Positions 25,040 to 38,815 of a DNA stretch of 64,000 nt are shown in pieces. The position numbers and the translations under genes are program-made. Each line of letters opens with the position of its first letter. Position 1 is the first letter of the stretch. Below the pieces are notes generated by a model. That model did not search any database. It saw only the letters and a program-made list of their open reading frames with translations, and had not been told where the DNA came from. Source of the stretch: Epiperipatus broadwayi (taxonomy: Eukaryota > Animalia > Onychophora); the NCBI GenBank assembly GCA_028023455.1, contig JAQFVV010000003.1, forward strand, positions 23,684,001 to 23,748,000. Direction: 5' to 3'.

Positions 25040-25195
25040 AAATTTTTAACAAACTTTAGTGAGGTGCTAGGATATTCAATCATTATATTAAAATTATCAG
25101 GACAAGTCTAGCACTTTATCTAATGTATAACTATTAAGTAGAAAATCTGAAATTTTCAGACATCCACATGTCTTCCAATCCAACTATCTAACTCA
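25040..25195 (-). mobile_element. Family B fragment with the hammerhead deleted
   Basis: Homologous to 26700-26860 and 45990-46160, but reads cctagcacctcact directly joined to aaagtttgttaa. Confidence 0.75.
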
Positions 25196-25284
25196 ATTGT
25201 ATTGTAATCACAATTTTATTAGTCTAAAATTATATTTCACTTGAATTAAACACTTACAAACAAAATTAAATAGAAACAATAATA

Positions 25285-25395
25285 ACAATAGCAGTATTAG
25301 TAGCAGTAGAGCATTAGTAGTAGTAGTGAATAGTAGTAGCAGCAACATTTGCAGTAGTAGTAGCAGCAGTTAGTAATGGTAATAGTAATAGTGTG
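25285..25395. repeat. Degenerate (AGT/AGC)n microsatellite
   Basis: agcagtattagtagcagtagagcattagtagtagtagtg... Confidence 0.75.
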
Positions 25396-26404
25396 ATAAA
25401 TTAATTAAATTAAAAAGAAGTTAGATAATATAAAGTAATTTTTGACCCATTTGATATCTATATGCAAAATAATGATGATTGCAATTTAACATTTCATTTT
25501 TTAAAAAACAAAAACCTCTTTACCATTTACATTTGTTCTTCTGAGCTTCTTCTAAGAAATAATATTTCCAATCAATATATGGTAATAAAAAATTAAGTGG
25601 TTTTATTGCTCCAGGGATTCCATAAGAAATTTAAGCACTAAGAATGGGAACTGTCAAATATTGAGTCATTACACAATATGTATAGGCAGATAGGATGTTA
25701 TTATTTTGTTTCATTGCCTATTGATAAGTTGCGTCAAATTAAAAATTGTCAATTCTGAATTGCAAAATGCACTTTTTACAATAGGCTTTATTTGTTATTT
25801 ATACATGAATCAGTGCAAGTTATAATTATTGTGGTGATGTATCTAAGGCAAATTCTCTAATTTATATATATTTTAAAGAGCATCTGATAGAGATGTATAG
25901 GTGCAAAAACAGTCAATAACCAAAAATGAATCTGAAAAAAAAAAACTAGTTTGAAAAATTTTGGGATTACAGTGCTATAATTCAGTGTTTTTTAATTATT
26001 CAAGTTTGCAATAGATGGCTTAGGAGTAGAATAAAGGAAATTACTGCTTCAAAATAAAATACCTTTGTTGAGACAATTGTAAAAGCATTTTACATTGAAC
26101 AGAAAAGGCTTTCAGTTTGCTAAATGGGAATGTTGTTTCTATATATATATTAGTATATAAATGCATTTCTAAATATGTTTATATTTGTATACAATGGATA
26201 TAAGCATGCATTGATAGCGCAGTAATTTTTTTTTACAGTAATAGCTTTTATTATGATGATAGTATTTAATTACTTAATTTGTGATTTTTTTAAAAAAAAC
26301 TTTATTTTGGACACTTTTAGGTGTTGCATTATAATATTGTAAAAGTGTTATATTATAAAATGAGCATACCAATAACTCTTAACAAGCTTTTCAGAACATC
26401 CCTA

Positions 26405-26444
26405 TCCCCAGACCAGTTTCTAGCTCTGGCTTTCATCAATGGGT
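26405..26444 (-). ncRNA. Hammerhead motif (family B, left arm)
   Basis: Reverse complement: accca TTGATGA a agc caga gct a GAAAC TG GTC tgggg. Confidence 0.7.
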
Positions 26445-26797
26445 TGCTAGGATATTCAAGCATTAGATTTAAAATATCAGGTCAAGCCCAGCACTTTGTC
26501 TAATGTTTAACTATTAAGTAGAAAATCTGAAATTTTCAGATGTTCATATATCTTCAAATCCAGCTATCTAACTTAAATAGCCATATGGGACTGAACTAAG
26601 TTCAGATAACCATATATTAATAGCTTTAGCAATATAAAATCACTTAGTTCAGTTCTATATGGCTCATTAAAATTAGATAGCTAGATTTGAAGACATGCAG
26701 ATGTCTGAAATTTCAGATTTTCTACTTAATAGTTAAACATTAGATAAAGTGCTAGGCTTGACTTGGTATTTTAAATCTAAGGCTTGAATATCCTAGC

Positions 26798-26836
26798 ACC
26801 CCACTGATGAAAGCCAGAATTAGAAAATGGTCTGGA
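26798..26836 (+). ncRNA. Hammerhead motif (family B, right arm, eroded)
   Basis: cccca CTGATGA a agc caga att a GAAAA TG GTC tggag. Confidence 0.65.
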
Positions 26837-28710
26837 GATAGGGCTGTTCTGAAAAGCTTGTTAAGAGCTATTGGCATGCTCATTATATAACATTTGTAAT
26901 ACAAGCTTATTAAATTAAGTCACGTGATATATGACTTGATTTCCTTGCAAAGATGTTATATTAGTATTTTACATCAGTGATATTTTAAAACTAAGAATCT
27001 TTATATTTATATTTTTAAGGTATATAGCTAACTATAGAAAAAATACATGCACACACACAATGTATTAATTCATGAGATTTTTCTGATCAGGCTTCTACAG
27101 ATGTTTTTCATACTTATGTAGTAAGCAGTACTCAGTAGGGAAGTGCTCCACTTACTAATAAAATTGCTACTAGTGTAACTATAAACAATATCTGTGCCAA
27201 AAGTATTTATGCTTGTCTTTATATAAAATATCTAGATTATTTTATCTGACATTATTGTAAATCTAAAGTTAAAGGGAAGATTTTGTCAAAATGTAAAAAA
27301 AAAAAAATTAACTGAATTCCAAGACAAATTTAGATTTTGATTTTTTTGGATTTTTGTGCATTTATTTGGAAATTATTTTTTCCAGCATTCCACTTTTATT
27401 CTGCTGCATTGTTTAAACTTTTAAAATATTCACTTATTTATAAATTGTAGACACAGTCAGTTTAGATTTGGAATAGGTTAGACGAGTGAAAAGTTTTTTT
27501 TTAAAGTTAAACTTATGAAACAAAATTATATATATAATTTAAAATGTGTATATCTTAGAGATCCATATATATATAATAAATTAGTAATAATTGTGCCAAA
27601 ATTGGGGCATTATCGTCCATGATTATAATGTAAATCATTACAAGTGTACTTGTATATCTTCAAGATTTTATTCAGAAAGTCCCATTTTACATGCATTTAA
27701 TTATCATTAGATTTATTACAATTTAAAATCTGTATATTTAAAATAAAAGTAAATCATTGGGTCAGCATTCATAAGAGTATGATATCTTTCTCCGAGTGGT
27801 AAACGTATCCTACAATCATAGTTTTTGTTTGATCAACTCTGTATTTATCTAACCCACTCAGAATAATTTGATATATGACAGAAAATTCTCGTTATCACTT
27901 AAAGCATTTGGAAGTTCAAATGTTATCTATCTTTTGCTTAATATATTGATCTGGATGTTTTTTTATTGTTAGAATTCTGGAATGAGAACATTTTATTTAT
28001 TTACTATATTCTGGAATTTAGATGATTGTATAGTAAGGAGATTTTCACAAGTGTATTTTTGATTTCAGGAGAGAGTGCAAAAATATTATAATGAGGAAAA
28101 TCAAAACTGGTTACATAGGTAAAGCACCTACCTCAGGTGCAAACTGAAATAATAAAATGAAATATTATATATATATATTTAATAGACATTTTATACTTTG
28201 TTCAGTAGACCATTATAAAGAAGTTTTTTCAATTTAAAAATGTACTGTTTATAAGACTTGCCTCAGGCATCAGTATTTATCTTCCAGAGCTTGAAGAAGG
28301 TTGTTCATGTTTTGTAAGGTTCACAAGTGCATTAAAATTTATTTAAATTGGGATTCTTAGATTTTTATTTCATTTTTAGCTTTTGAAATCTATGCAACAT
28401 TATGACTTTGAGATATATTGCATTATCAGATAGTATTCATTCTATAAATGCATCTATGCTTAAGATTTAGTATAATGTTGATATCTTTATAAACATTTTC
28501 ATCATTAGGGATTGTTTGTTCGTTTTTCACCTCAAATGTAGGTTTGAAATAAAGTTGAGATTATCAATGAAAGGCATCATGAAAACTAAACAAAAAAATT
28601 ATAAAAGTATTTAAAGGGTGTGTAGAACTTAGCATTCCAAGTTATTTGGCAAATAAATAGTACATTAAACATTTTTTAAGCTTAGAACTAACATATTATT
28701 TTATATTTTT

Positions 28711-28758
28711 ATCATCACCACCATCATCATCATTATCATCATCATCATCATCATCATC
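28711..28758. repeat. (ATC)n microsatellite
   Basis: Direct inspection. Confidence 0.95.
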
Positions 28759-29147
28759 TGATATTGAGTTTATATTGAATCTTAATCATAAATAGCATTT
28801 TCTAGAATCATCTGTTATGTATTTAGTTTTTCAGATTGTTCAAAGCTATATTTATTAATGTGATGATAGACTCCACCAATCTCATTCATGATCCCCCCCC
28901 CCATTCTTTTTTCCCAGTAAGTCTTTCAAAGCATTATAGACTTTATAATGAATTAGATTGACTCTTGATATGATCAAAATAGCACAAATTTAGTCTGTTT
29001 TTATTAGTTCAAGTTAGAATTCAAATCTGATCTGATCAGATCTCACAATTATTATCTAGAAAAGTTCATTAATTTAAATGATTCATGAGTTTTATTGTCC
29101 TGAATAACTGATAGGTTTAACAGTAAATTTTGGTAGCTCATATATAT

Positions 29148-29314
29148 ATTTAATATTAATACCATCTATGTTCTTTATTACTTTTACAATGCTTTTTTTA
29201 CAACCTAATGTGACAGTTTTGATTGCCCTGCCAATCTTCTCCAGAACTGTCATATTAGATTGTAAAAACAGCATTGTAAAAGTAATAAAGAACATAGACA
29301 ATATTAATATTATA
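29148..29314. repeat. Inverted repeat with ~70-bp arms and ~26-nt loop
   Basis: taatattaat..tctatgttctttattacttttacaatgc..aatgtgacagtt pairs with aactgtcatattag..gcattgtaaaagtaataaagaacataga..attaatatta. Confidence 0.9.
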
Positions 29315-32014
29315 TGGATTTGGCAATGCAATCGGAAATATAAAGTTATATACATATTTATTAGGGTTAATTGAAATTACCAGTATTTTTTTTACTTTAA
29401 CTAATTTTTCTAATCTCATTACTTTTATGCTGTTTAGTGGCAATTCTTTTTCTGCATGAATATATGTTAGATCTTATTTTAAACTTATTTAATTAATATT
29501 TTTTTCATTAGAGATTAAATGTCAATATATAACAATATCAAGTTAAAATGTAATACAAACAGAGATGATTTCATTTGTCACCACTCTTATTATAAAAGTA
29601 ACACTTCTTTTCTTTATCAGGAAAACATTGCAAGAACAAAAATTCACCAGTTCTGTTTGTATTACATTAAATTTAATAATGCTGCATTATTAAATATTTA
29701 CATTTATTAACTTACATGTGATTAATCATATAATTATTAAAATGAAATGGTTATCATCTGAGGTTTACTGTCTATAAGATTTAGTAAATGAAGATGTGTT
29801 ACAGCTGGTTTAAGTTAGAATTTAACTCTTAATTACAGCATAAGTTTTTTTTTTTCAGTGTTTTTATAATGAAAAAAAGAATATGTTTCATTACATTGAT
29901 GGCACACTGAAATGAAATCAATTCATTGGTATTCCGTTTATGAATAACTTTCTAAATTACATTAAAACACACACTACATATGTAATATGCCTAGTACAAG
30001 CTAGATCGTAATCAGTATACATGGCAATTTGAATAAGTTTATTTCAACTGAAAGACATCATGAGGATATTTGTTTATATTTATTTAATATCTTGATCTAT
30101 ATACCAAAAATATTTCAAATATAAACATGACATAATTAAATGATTTATTCTAAAATGTTTAAATGACTACTCATTTATAAGACATTCTTTTTAAAAAAAA
30201 ATATATGTGTATTAATAAATATAAATAATAATATTAACTCAATTCAATTCAATATTTTTATAAAATTTCCCAATCCAATTGACAGTCTTCTTTAGAATTA
30301 ATTTCCAACTCTTTACTTGTATATAATTATTATCCCTAATTTGTTGGATTTATCTTTGATTGTCAAATTTATATTTATAAAAGTATGATAGCTAGTGAAA
30401 CTTTTGAAGCACTATAATAAATTAAGAGGTTAATAAATATCTACAAAATCAGTTTGATAATATTCAAGTATTAAATGTTAAAGTGACTGTATGATTTACA
30501 ATTTAGTTACAATGAATTCAGGCAAATTTCATATATATACTTTAAATCAAAATGGCAAATAGGAAAATAATTTTATTATACTATTTTGTTTATATTCAAT
30601 AATCCTGAACTCTATATTATGATTAATGCTAGTAACATTAAGTAAAAGTTTCACAATAATTTATTCTCATAATATTTCCTACTAACCTAACTTTATTTCA
30701 TATCATTAATTGATAGAAGTTTTTTCACAATTCACAAGCTCAAACCAAAATGTGGGACTTTGAACAACTTCAGCTTTATTATCTAGGCTAGGCATAAAAT
30801 ATCTTTTTGCATTTTTTGTAATTAATTATTAATAACATTTAAATTTAAAAGAACATATATGTTTATAACTTAAATGTAAAAGCAATTGTTGTCAGATGTA
30901 AATGAAATGTAAATATTGCTTGCCATTTGAAAATACAATACTATATATGAGGCTGTTTTTAAAAAAACTTATGATAAGAATTTATTTAAAATGAAAGGCT
31001 ATATTTAAAATCGTAAATAAAAATATGTAGTGCAAATAAAAATTAAATGCAAATTTATCCATATAAAATAAACTTTTATTAATTAAAAGAATTATATTCC
31101 AAAATAAATGTAAAATATTGACTAAGAGATGAAAAACTTTTCCAGTTTTAAAACATAATATACCACATCTATAACAATAACAAAAAAAAAAAAAAGAAAT
31201 TATTGTTAAACCTTGAAAATATTCCAAAATATTTATTATCATTTATTTAGAAAATAATAAAAAAGTATTTTTCATTTTGATAAAGAAGTTTAAAAGTGGT
31301 TTTAAATTTGAAAAGGGAGGAGGGTCAAAATAGAATTTAACCATTTTCAGATTGATAACAAGTCTTAAATTGTTAGCATTGCCATTGGTTCTTATTGTCA
31401 ATCACAATTTAATTTGTGATAGTATACAGATGCTTATATAGTAATTTTATATTTGGCATTTCTCATAGAACAATAGTGAATTTGTGTTTTAATTTTGTTT
31501 TTGTATTTTAATATTAGTTGCTATTAAAATAAGAAAGCTCTAAACTGCAGAGATCATCTTGCATAAAGTGGTGGCATTTGTGTACATTCTATTTGTAATG
31601 CAAAAAACTTATTTCTAAAGTTAATTTTTTGTTTTAAGGTTATTTTCATAATATTTAATGTTATTTTTATTAATAAATATAAAATATATTTTATTTGTAT
31701 AAATATATTTTTTTTAGAAGAATTTAAATTTACCTAATGGAATTTTTTTTTTTAATATTTTTTTTATTATTTTAATCATGACTAAAATTATTTTTAATAA
31801 TAATTATGCAAAAATAGATTTATTTTATCACAAATTTTATTCAAACTGAAGATCATATATATGAAAATTATTTTTTTGCTATGTGAATCTCAATTTAGTT
31901 AACTTTATATGGCCAAGATAACACAGAAAGGGCAAAATATTATTAACTTTGTATTTTTGATCATACCATTGTGATTTGAAATAAATATATGAATAACATA
32001 GTATAGTACTAATA

Positions 32015-32372
32015 AAACAGGCAAAACTCATTATACGTATTGCCACACACAGCAAGCTAGATTAATCAATAGATGCCAGAAGGCTTGTGCATAAAATCCC
32101 CATCTAGTGCCTACTCATCCAATATCCCCAGACTAGTTTCTGGCTTGTGGCTTTCATCAGTGAGGAGTCTTGGATCTGAGAGCACTGCACCTAGATCTAA
32201 AAACTACTTTGGGGATATTGAATGAGTAGGCACTAGATGGGGATTTTATGCACAAGCGTTCTGGCATCCATTGATTACTCTAGCTAGCTGTGTGTGGCAA
32301 TACGTATAGTGAGTTTTGCATGTTTTAACAACAGTTATACACAAGCATAAGAGGTGGTGGTCATGTGATGTT
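32015..32372. mobile_element. Family B' element with inverted arms and 13-bp TSD
   Basis: Arms 32015-32130 and 32210-32327; TSD tatagta(c/t)taata at 32002-32014 and 32373-32385; homologous to 11844-12390. Confidence 0.85.
32126..32166 (-). ncRNA. Hammerhead motif (family B', intact core)
   Basis: Reverse complement: cctca CTGATGA a agc cacaa gcc a GAAAC TA GTC tgggg. Confidence 0.75.
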
Positions 32373-32793
32373 TATAGTATTAATACAAATATATTTAAAT
32401 TAAACTATAGACAAATTCACTTTTAGAAAAAAAATGTACATAAAAATATATTTTTTGTTACTATTTCGTATGTGTTTATAAAGTAAAGGTGAGTTTATAA
32501 TTTAAATATATTTAATTGTTTGCATAAGTAAAAGAGAGCAAAAGTTATACATACATTTATTTAGCTGTGATTATTGATATTTTCAATCTCTAAAATTAAA
32601 TTGAAATGTATATCAAAAGTTAAGAAGTTCATTAATTTTAATTGTAAAGAATAATTCTTTGATATTTATAAACAGAAATACAAATACTTTAATATCTAAA
32701 GATTTGAGAACTTAAAAAGATACAAAATCTGCAGTTTATATTGTTACAGTGTTGTATTAATATTTTTATATATTATTTAAATATGTTTTATAT

Positions 32794-33275
32794 CAGGGGT
32801 GGCCAACTTTTGTGTTCATAAGATCTACTTTTTATTTTAAAAATGTTTTGCGATCGACTTGTTGTCATAGCGCGATCGACTTGCCATAGCTGTAGTTTAA
32901 GTGGAGGTGTGAAATAGTACCATTTTTATATATCTACCTAGTAAAAAATAACAATTATTTAACGGGCCAAAAACTCATGTCGGGGGAATTAAAGCAACAT
33001 GAGTAATTATTAACAATATTTATTAATTCAAACTAGTTACATTAAGTCAAGATTAAAAATATTATTTTCAATAATGATACGACTTAGTAGACTTCACCTA
33101 TCTAGAATTGAAAAACAATTTAGAACAAAAACAAAAATAACAAAAAAACTTGAAAATCTTGACTTAATTTGTTTCACTCATTACCCAATAGCTCTTGCCA
33201 GATTGGCCTCGCGATCGACCAAAAATGGCTTTGTGATCGACTGGTGGATTACGATCGACTTGTTGGACACCCCTG
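32794..33275. mobile_element. Non-autonomous hAT-superfamily element (MITE)
   Basis: TIRs caggggtggccaac and gttggacacccctg; 8-bp TSD ttttatat (32786-32793, 33276-33283); subterminal (g/t)cgatcgac repeats at both ends. Confidence 0.9.
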
Positions 33276-35460
33276 TTTTATATCATTATATAAAAGTAAA
33301 TATCACAGTTTTATAGTGTCATGGTAATAATTAAATGTTATTAACATCATTTATATGTACATTTAATTGTCTTTACTCACAAATTTGATCTTTATATAAT
33401 TTTCTTGGAATGGTAATTATGAAATAGAAATATCTCCTGTAATTAATTGATGTTAAAGTAATAATTTTGATATGCTTTCAAAGATGTATAGATTATATAA
33501 GCACAAATGATTTATTAAAAGCAAGTCCTGAACAATTAAATTTTAATTATTATTTTTTTTATTATTAGATTAGCACAAATCTTTCACCATTGAAGTATCA
33601 TTGTTGGTATCATATGTGTTTGGATAAAATCACAATACTTTTTCACTACTATGGTTTTGAAAAAAATATCTAAACACGATTGTGCCAAGCTTGGTTGATG
33701 AATAGCAAGTATTTTTAGTTTTTCATATGTTTTTAATAGTTGCACTTCTTCATATTCCCTTAACATCTCCTCATTCTTATTTTTGAATATTATCATTTTG
33801 TTTCACAGTTTATTTGATACAAATATATTGTGGAGAATGAATTAATTAATGGAAATATTTTATAAATGGAAATCTAAAACTTTCATAATCATGTTTATCT
33901 TCAGCAGATGTTTCATACTTAATAAGTTATAAACAGTAACTTAAAACCATATATTTATTATAATACTATGATTACTTAAAAACGTCTTTGTGTAATGAGT
34001 AGTATATTTTCCAACCTTATTTATGATTTGGATTTTAATCCTAGTAAGATTAAAAGTTGATTTTTTTTTCCAGATTGCAGTCAGGTTTACAGTTTTTCTT
34101 TCAGATAGGGCAACTCAGTTAAAACATCTGATTTTGATTATTAAATAAGTATCTCTCTTTGGTGTGAGAGTAAAATAGAGATATAAAACTTCCAATTTTC
34201 CTAAAAATTGACAAGTCTTAATAAGTAATATATATTTTTTTATTATTCATGTATGAGAGGTGTTTTTTTTTTTTTTGCAAAGGCTGTTATTTTGCAGTGT
34301 ATGATTACTTCAACCATTATGTTAGTAAAGTTACATATTGAATATTTTTTGCTATTATAATTCTCCCCCTTCTACCACCAGTAAATTTGAAATTGTATAA
34401 TCATACAGAAATAAAACTTTTCTTTAGGGCATTCCAAGGATTTTGATATTATGATAATGTAAAAATTTTATAAATATATATTTTATATAAATTTGTTTCT
34501 ATGTCTAATATAAAATAATTTAAAGTCCTCGGGGGGGGGGGCGTATTTTAAAAGATATTAAAAACGACATTAATCACCCTTTGAGTACTTGTGAATTCTT
34601 TGTAAAAATAGAGTATTCGTATTTCTTTGTATCATTCCTCTTGAAGATCGTAAGTGTACCTAAATTATTTTTGTCAACAGTTACAATCTTCACAAAGTAA
34701 GTCTTGAATATTTCACATTATGTATTTAATATTCAAACAACATGAATTAACATGTTTTTTTTAGTATTGCATATAGGTTTCACAATGCTATAATTGATAC
34801 TTTTAAATCAGTTGCTCTGATAAGTTTTGAGTATTTTTATTTTGAGTGTACTGTTTAACAATGTTGCCTGGCTTGAAATATTTAAACATCGTATCTGGAG
34901 ATCTGTAACATATAGGGTTTATGGAAATTTAATATAATATCAAAAGAAAAATAAATTGCTGTTTTTATACCTGGTTTCATGTTGATATGAAAATCAAAAC
35001 CTTTAGTTTTAATCCATTTATTTGCCAACCAAGAATTAAACAATTTTTAATTCAAGAACAATTTCCAGAAATAATATTTTGAGACAGTTATTGGATAACA
35101 CTTTTTGATATCTGATTTACATAAGAGATATGATGAAATGGAAGTCTACTATCAAGTCAATTGTTCCATCACTAAGACAAATCACATAGGCTGAGATTTT
35201 AAAGTTACTATAGCTAATACATTCTAGGAACTACTCAATAGGTATTGTAAAGTATAAATATAAATTTAATTTTCAGTTTAAGTAAAATTATTATATATTA
35301 TACAAATTTGTTATAGAAAATATATGCTGATATAGCAAACTACATGTAGATAGAGGGAAATAGGGTTCTCTGCATTGTCTGCCAACTTTGCACTTTGGCT
35401 ATTAGGAAAGCCTTTAAGTCCACTTATGATATTTTACAATTTGTTCAGTTAATACTTTTT

Positions 35461-35552
35461 TTTTTTTATATGTCAAAGTGTTGACTGGACAGCAAATCTG
35501 GGTCAGCTGCTTGGAAGGTAGCTATGCCTATTCTAGGCCACCAATGCTTGAC
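35461..35552 (-). mobile_element. tRNA-Gly(TCC)-derived short SINE (degenerate)
   Basis: Reverse complement gtcaagcattggtggcc...catagctaccttccaagcagctgacc...tttgacatataaaaa. Confidence 0.75.
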
Positions 35553-38500
35553 AGGTTATTACTTAAAGTACAAATGACATTAAATCAATATTTGAGATTT
35601 TAGTAAACTTTTTTCTTGAAAAATCAAATCTTGGATAAAACAATAGCTTTTGAAATTTCAAGACAAAGATTTACAACTTATTGCCTCACTATATTGGGAA
35701 TAACTAGTGATCTTAGTATATAAAAAGTAAAAGTAATTGAGTTCATAGTAACATGAGTATGACATCCCCCTAACTAGTGGTGGTCTATCATATTTGCAAT
35801 CAACTTTTTTTAATTTTAACTGTCAATTCATTGACATACATATGATCAAACCAATTAATTTGGAAATTTTATCTTCTGGCTTATTTATGATCAATGTTTT
35901 GCAGAAATGTGCAAATACTTTCTACGTTCAGTTAAGTTGCACCATATAATTTTTATGCTACAATTCAATTTTATATAAAATATATTACAGATAACTGATA
36001 TTCTTTTTTTTTCTCTTCATAATAATGTATAATAAATAATTTTTAAATATTTTTAATGTCTACTGAATGTATTTTGCTTTCATTCAACTTTTAATGTTTA
36101 AATTTGTAATCAAAAGCTGTAGAACATCTTTTAAAATTTAGTTTTAATCAGTCATGATTTCATTTTGTTTTTTTATCATTTTTAGAATGAAAATAATTTT
36201 CTTAAAAAAACCCATAGTGCTTACAAATGATGAACAATTACAAAATAAAATTTATCTAACGTTCAATTTATTTACTAGCTCACTAAATAAATTGGATGTT
36301 ATGTAGTTTCTAATATTTCATAAATATTGACAAATATTAAATTATAAAAATTGCACGAATGTTAATATATACAATAAAACTAATAGATGTAAAGTGAATA
36401 AAGAAACATATTCATGCTCTCAAATCAAGATGATTTAGATTGGCCTATATAATTGAATTTAGGTACAGCCATTCTTATTTTTTCAAGTCTATTTTGTTGA
36501 GATATTAAAATAATAGCAACAGGTGCAGAAGGTGTAAATCCCATCACTAAAATAAATAAAAATTATAAACTATTACATACTAACTCTGGATTATTTACAT
36601 TAAAGTTGATTAGACAAGGATCAAATATAAAGAGTAAATACATAACATTTTTTAAAAATATAATTTTGGTTCCAATAAATATCATATGATCACCATTTCA
36701 CGTAGAGTGAGTTTTTGCCTATTTTAATAATTTTGACTCACTAGTTTTTGTTCTAAATTTGTTTTTCTGAGTACTAATAAAAATACAATTTTATTTTATA
36801 AGAATACTTCATATTTAGGTAATAAAAGCTAGATAACAATTTACCAATCACTTTTGAATGACAAATTAATTTTGCAATATAGAGAAAGATGTTTAAAGTC
36901 ACTGCAGGATTACAAAAAATAAAAAAGATAGCGAAATGTGGAATTTCATAAATAATATAGATTGTATAAAAAGATGAAAATCTAAAACATGTCATAGAAG
37001 AATCAAATGAAATATGCTGATAGTTATTTTAAAAAATAGTTATTGTTGAAAGAATAACATAGGTAAAGAAGATAAATAAGGAACTGTCCCAATTTGCCAT
37101 TGACTCAGAAATTAAGTAGATTTAAATAATTGATGATAAGGATTACAAAAAAAAAAAAAGTGTTAGGAAAATGGAATGTGATGCAAAATATTTTTAATAT
37201 CTCTTTTTTTTTTTTTTGCTTTTGTGAAAGAAAAAAGAGTCATACTTATGCACAAGGTCACTCTAGCCCTCCACAATAATCCAAGTATATGTTAAAAATT
37301 TAACTGTTTGAGAACATCGTGATTCAAAGCCCCTAAAATTGTATGGACTTTTGATTATCATTTAAAAACTGAAATGAATCTTAATTAAAACAATATTTTG
37401 TTATTAATGCTATATTTAATATAAAAAAAATATTTAATTTATGGGTTTGGAATGTTTATAATGAGAAGCTGGGTGGGCAAGATTTGATTTATTTAGAACT
37501 TTCTGCAAATGAAATACGGTAATAATAAATCGATAATTATTTAGTGTACTATATATTTTCTAGAAAAAGCATATAATGTATGTTAATTATAGAGATCAAA
37601 ATTATAATTTTGATAGTCCTATAAAATGAAATGCTTTTGTCCTCAGAATAGCCATTGTTTAGAATAATTTCATTTCCCCTGCAGGTATTTTGAAAACTCA
37701 ACTAAAAGGTAGGGTCTAAGTTAATCTAGATCCCTAATTTTATAGTTGATGAATTTTCTTTTTTAAGTAAAATGATTAATGTAAAATTTATACGTTAAAC
37801 TGTCTTGTTAAAATTTCCATTTTAAATGAAATCAAGTTTTACCTTTGTTATTATTTAAAGAAAAATACACCGAATAGTGATTTATCTAAACAATAAAATC
37901 TTACTTTGACAATTTTTTATTTTATAAGTCGTAAACATTATATCTTGTACTTTTAGTTTTTAAGATTGTATTTCAGGGCTATAGAGGAGACGACCTTTTA
38001 AAAAGGTTCCGGTAAGGATTGAAATAAAAATAAATTGGATGTAAAAGATAATTATTACTTGTTGAAAAGCTGAAAAAAGAATTATAAATTATTTAATAAT
38101 AATCAAAAAATAAATTATTTAATAATTTTAATGAACTCCACATTTTTCTAGAATAAGTATTTATATATTTTAGTAGCTAGAGATGTAATTATTTTGCAAG
38201 AAAGAGTTGAAACAATTTAATATTTATATTTAATTAATAATTTTTATTATTCATTTATTAGATTAGAGATTATTAACTAAATGAATAATATTTCTGTAGG
38301 TAATTTTTATTAGTTCACTCTTACACCAGGTAGGGATTGGTTTCTATCCATTTTTATCATCTTGTGGAGGAATGTAATCATCAACATATGACCAAAGACG
38401 TGAAAAAGATGTATAATTAAGTCTGAATAATTATAAGCAGTGATAGTGTGACCATTTGGAATTTAACGATTTTCTAAATCGAAGTATACTACATTACTTC

Positions 38501-38574
38501 TGCTGTTCAAACATCATATAGCCCCCCCCCCATACAATTATCTATTTCATTATTATTATTATTTTATTATATGG

Positions 38575-38815
38575 ATTTTTTTCTACCTGCACTCCAATAT
38601 GTAATATATAGGGGGTTTGAACTCAGACTTTCACATGATCCTCAACTATCCATGCTTTCTCATACTGCTGATACATTTGATCACACACATGTCGAAAAGA
38701 TAAATAATCACCAATATATGTATTTCGTGCTAAACCAGCACTTATCAGTTGGTCCAGATTATCATCTCCATATATATATACAATCAATGCTCAGCTTATA
38801 TTATTGTAAAAGTAT
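38575..38815 (-). mobile_element. Family C HHR-bearing element (partial)
   Basis: Reverse complement aligns with 57820-58030, including the gaaagtctgagttcaaa.ccc end. Confidence 0.8.
38710..38753 (-). ncRNA. Type I hammerhead motif (family C; G8A)
   Basis: Reverse complement: accaa CTGATAA gtgct ggttt agcac GAAA tacata ta ttggt. Confidence 0.75.

Larger units (their letters stand above)
26338..26947. mobile_element. Family B foldback element with a hammerhead in each arm
   Basis: Arms ~26338-26601 and 26642-26900 are reverse complements; the right arm and its 3' end match 45890-46250. Confidence 0.9.

Noticed and set aside
28069-28310. Possible small exons near 28069-28118, 28130-28141 and 37685-37708
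   Set aside because: Splice-like signals are frequent by chance in such AT-rich DNA, and the peptides are unrecognisable and inconsistent in strand.
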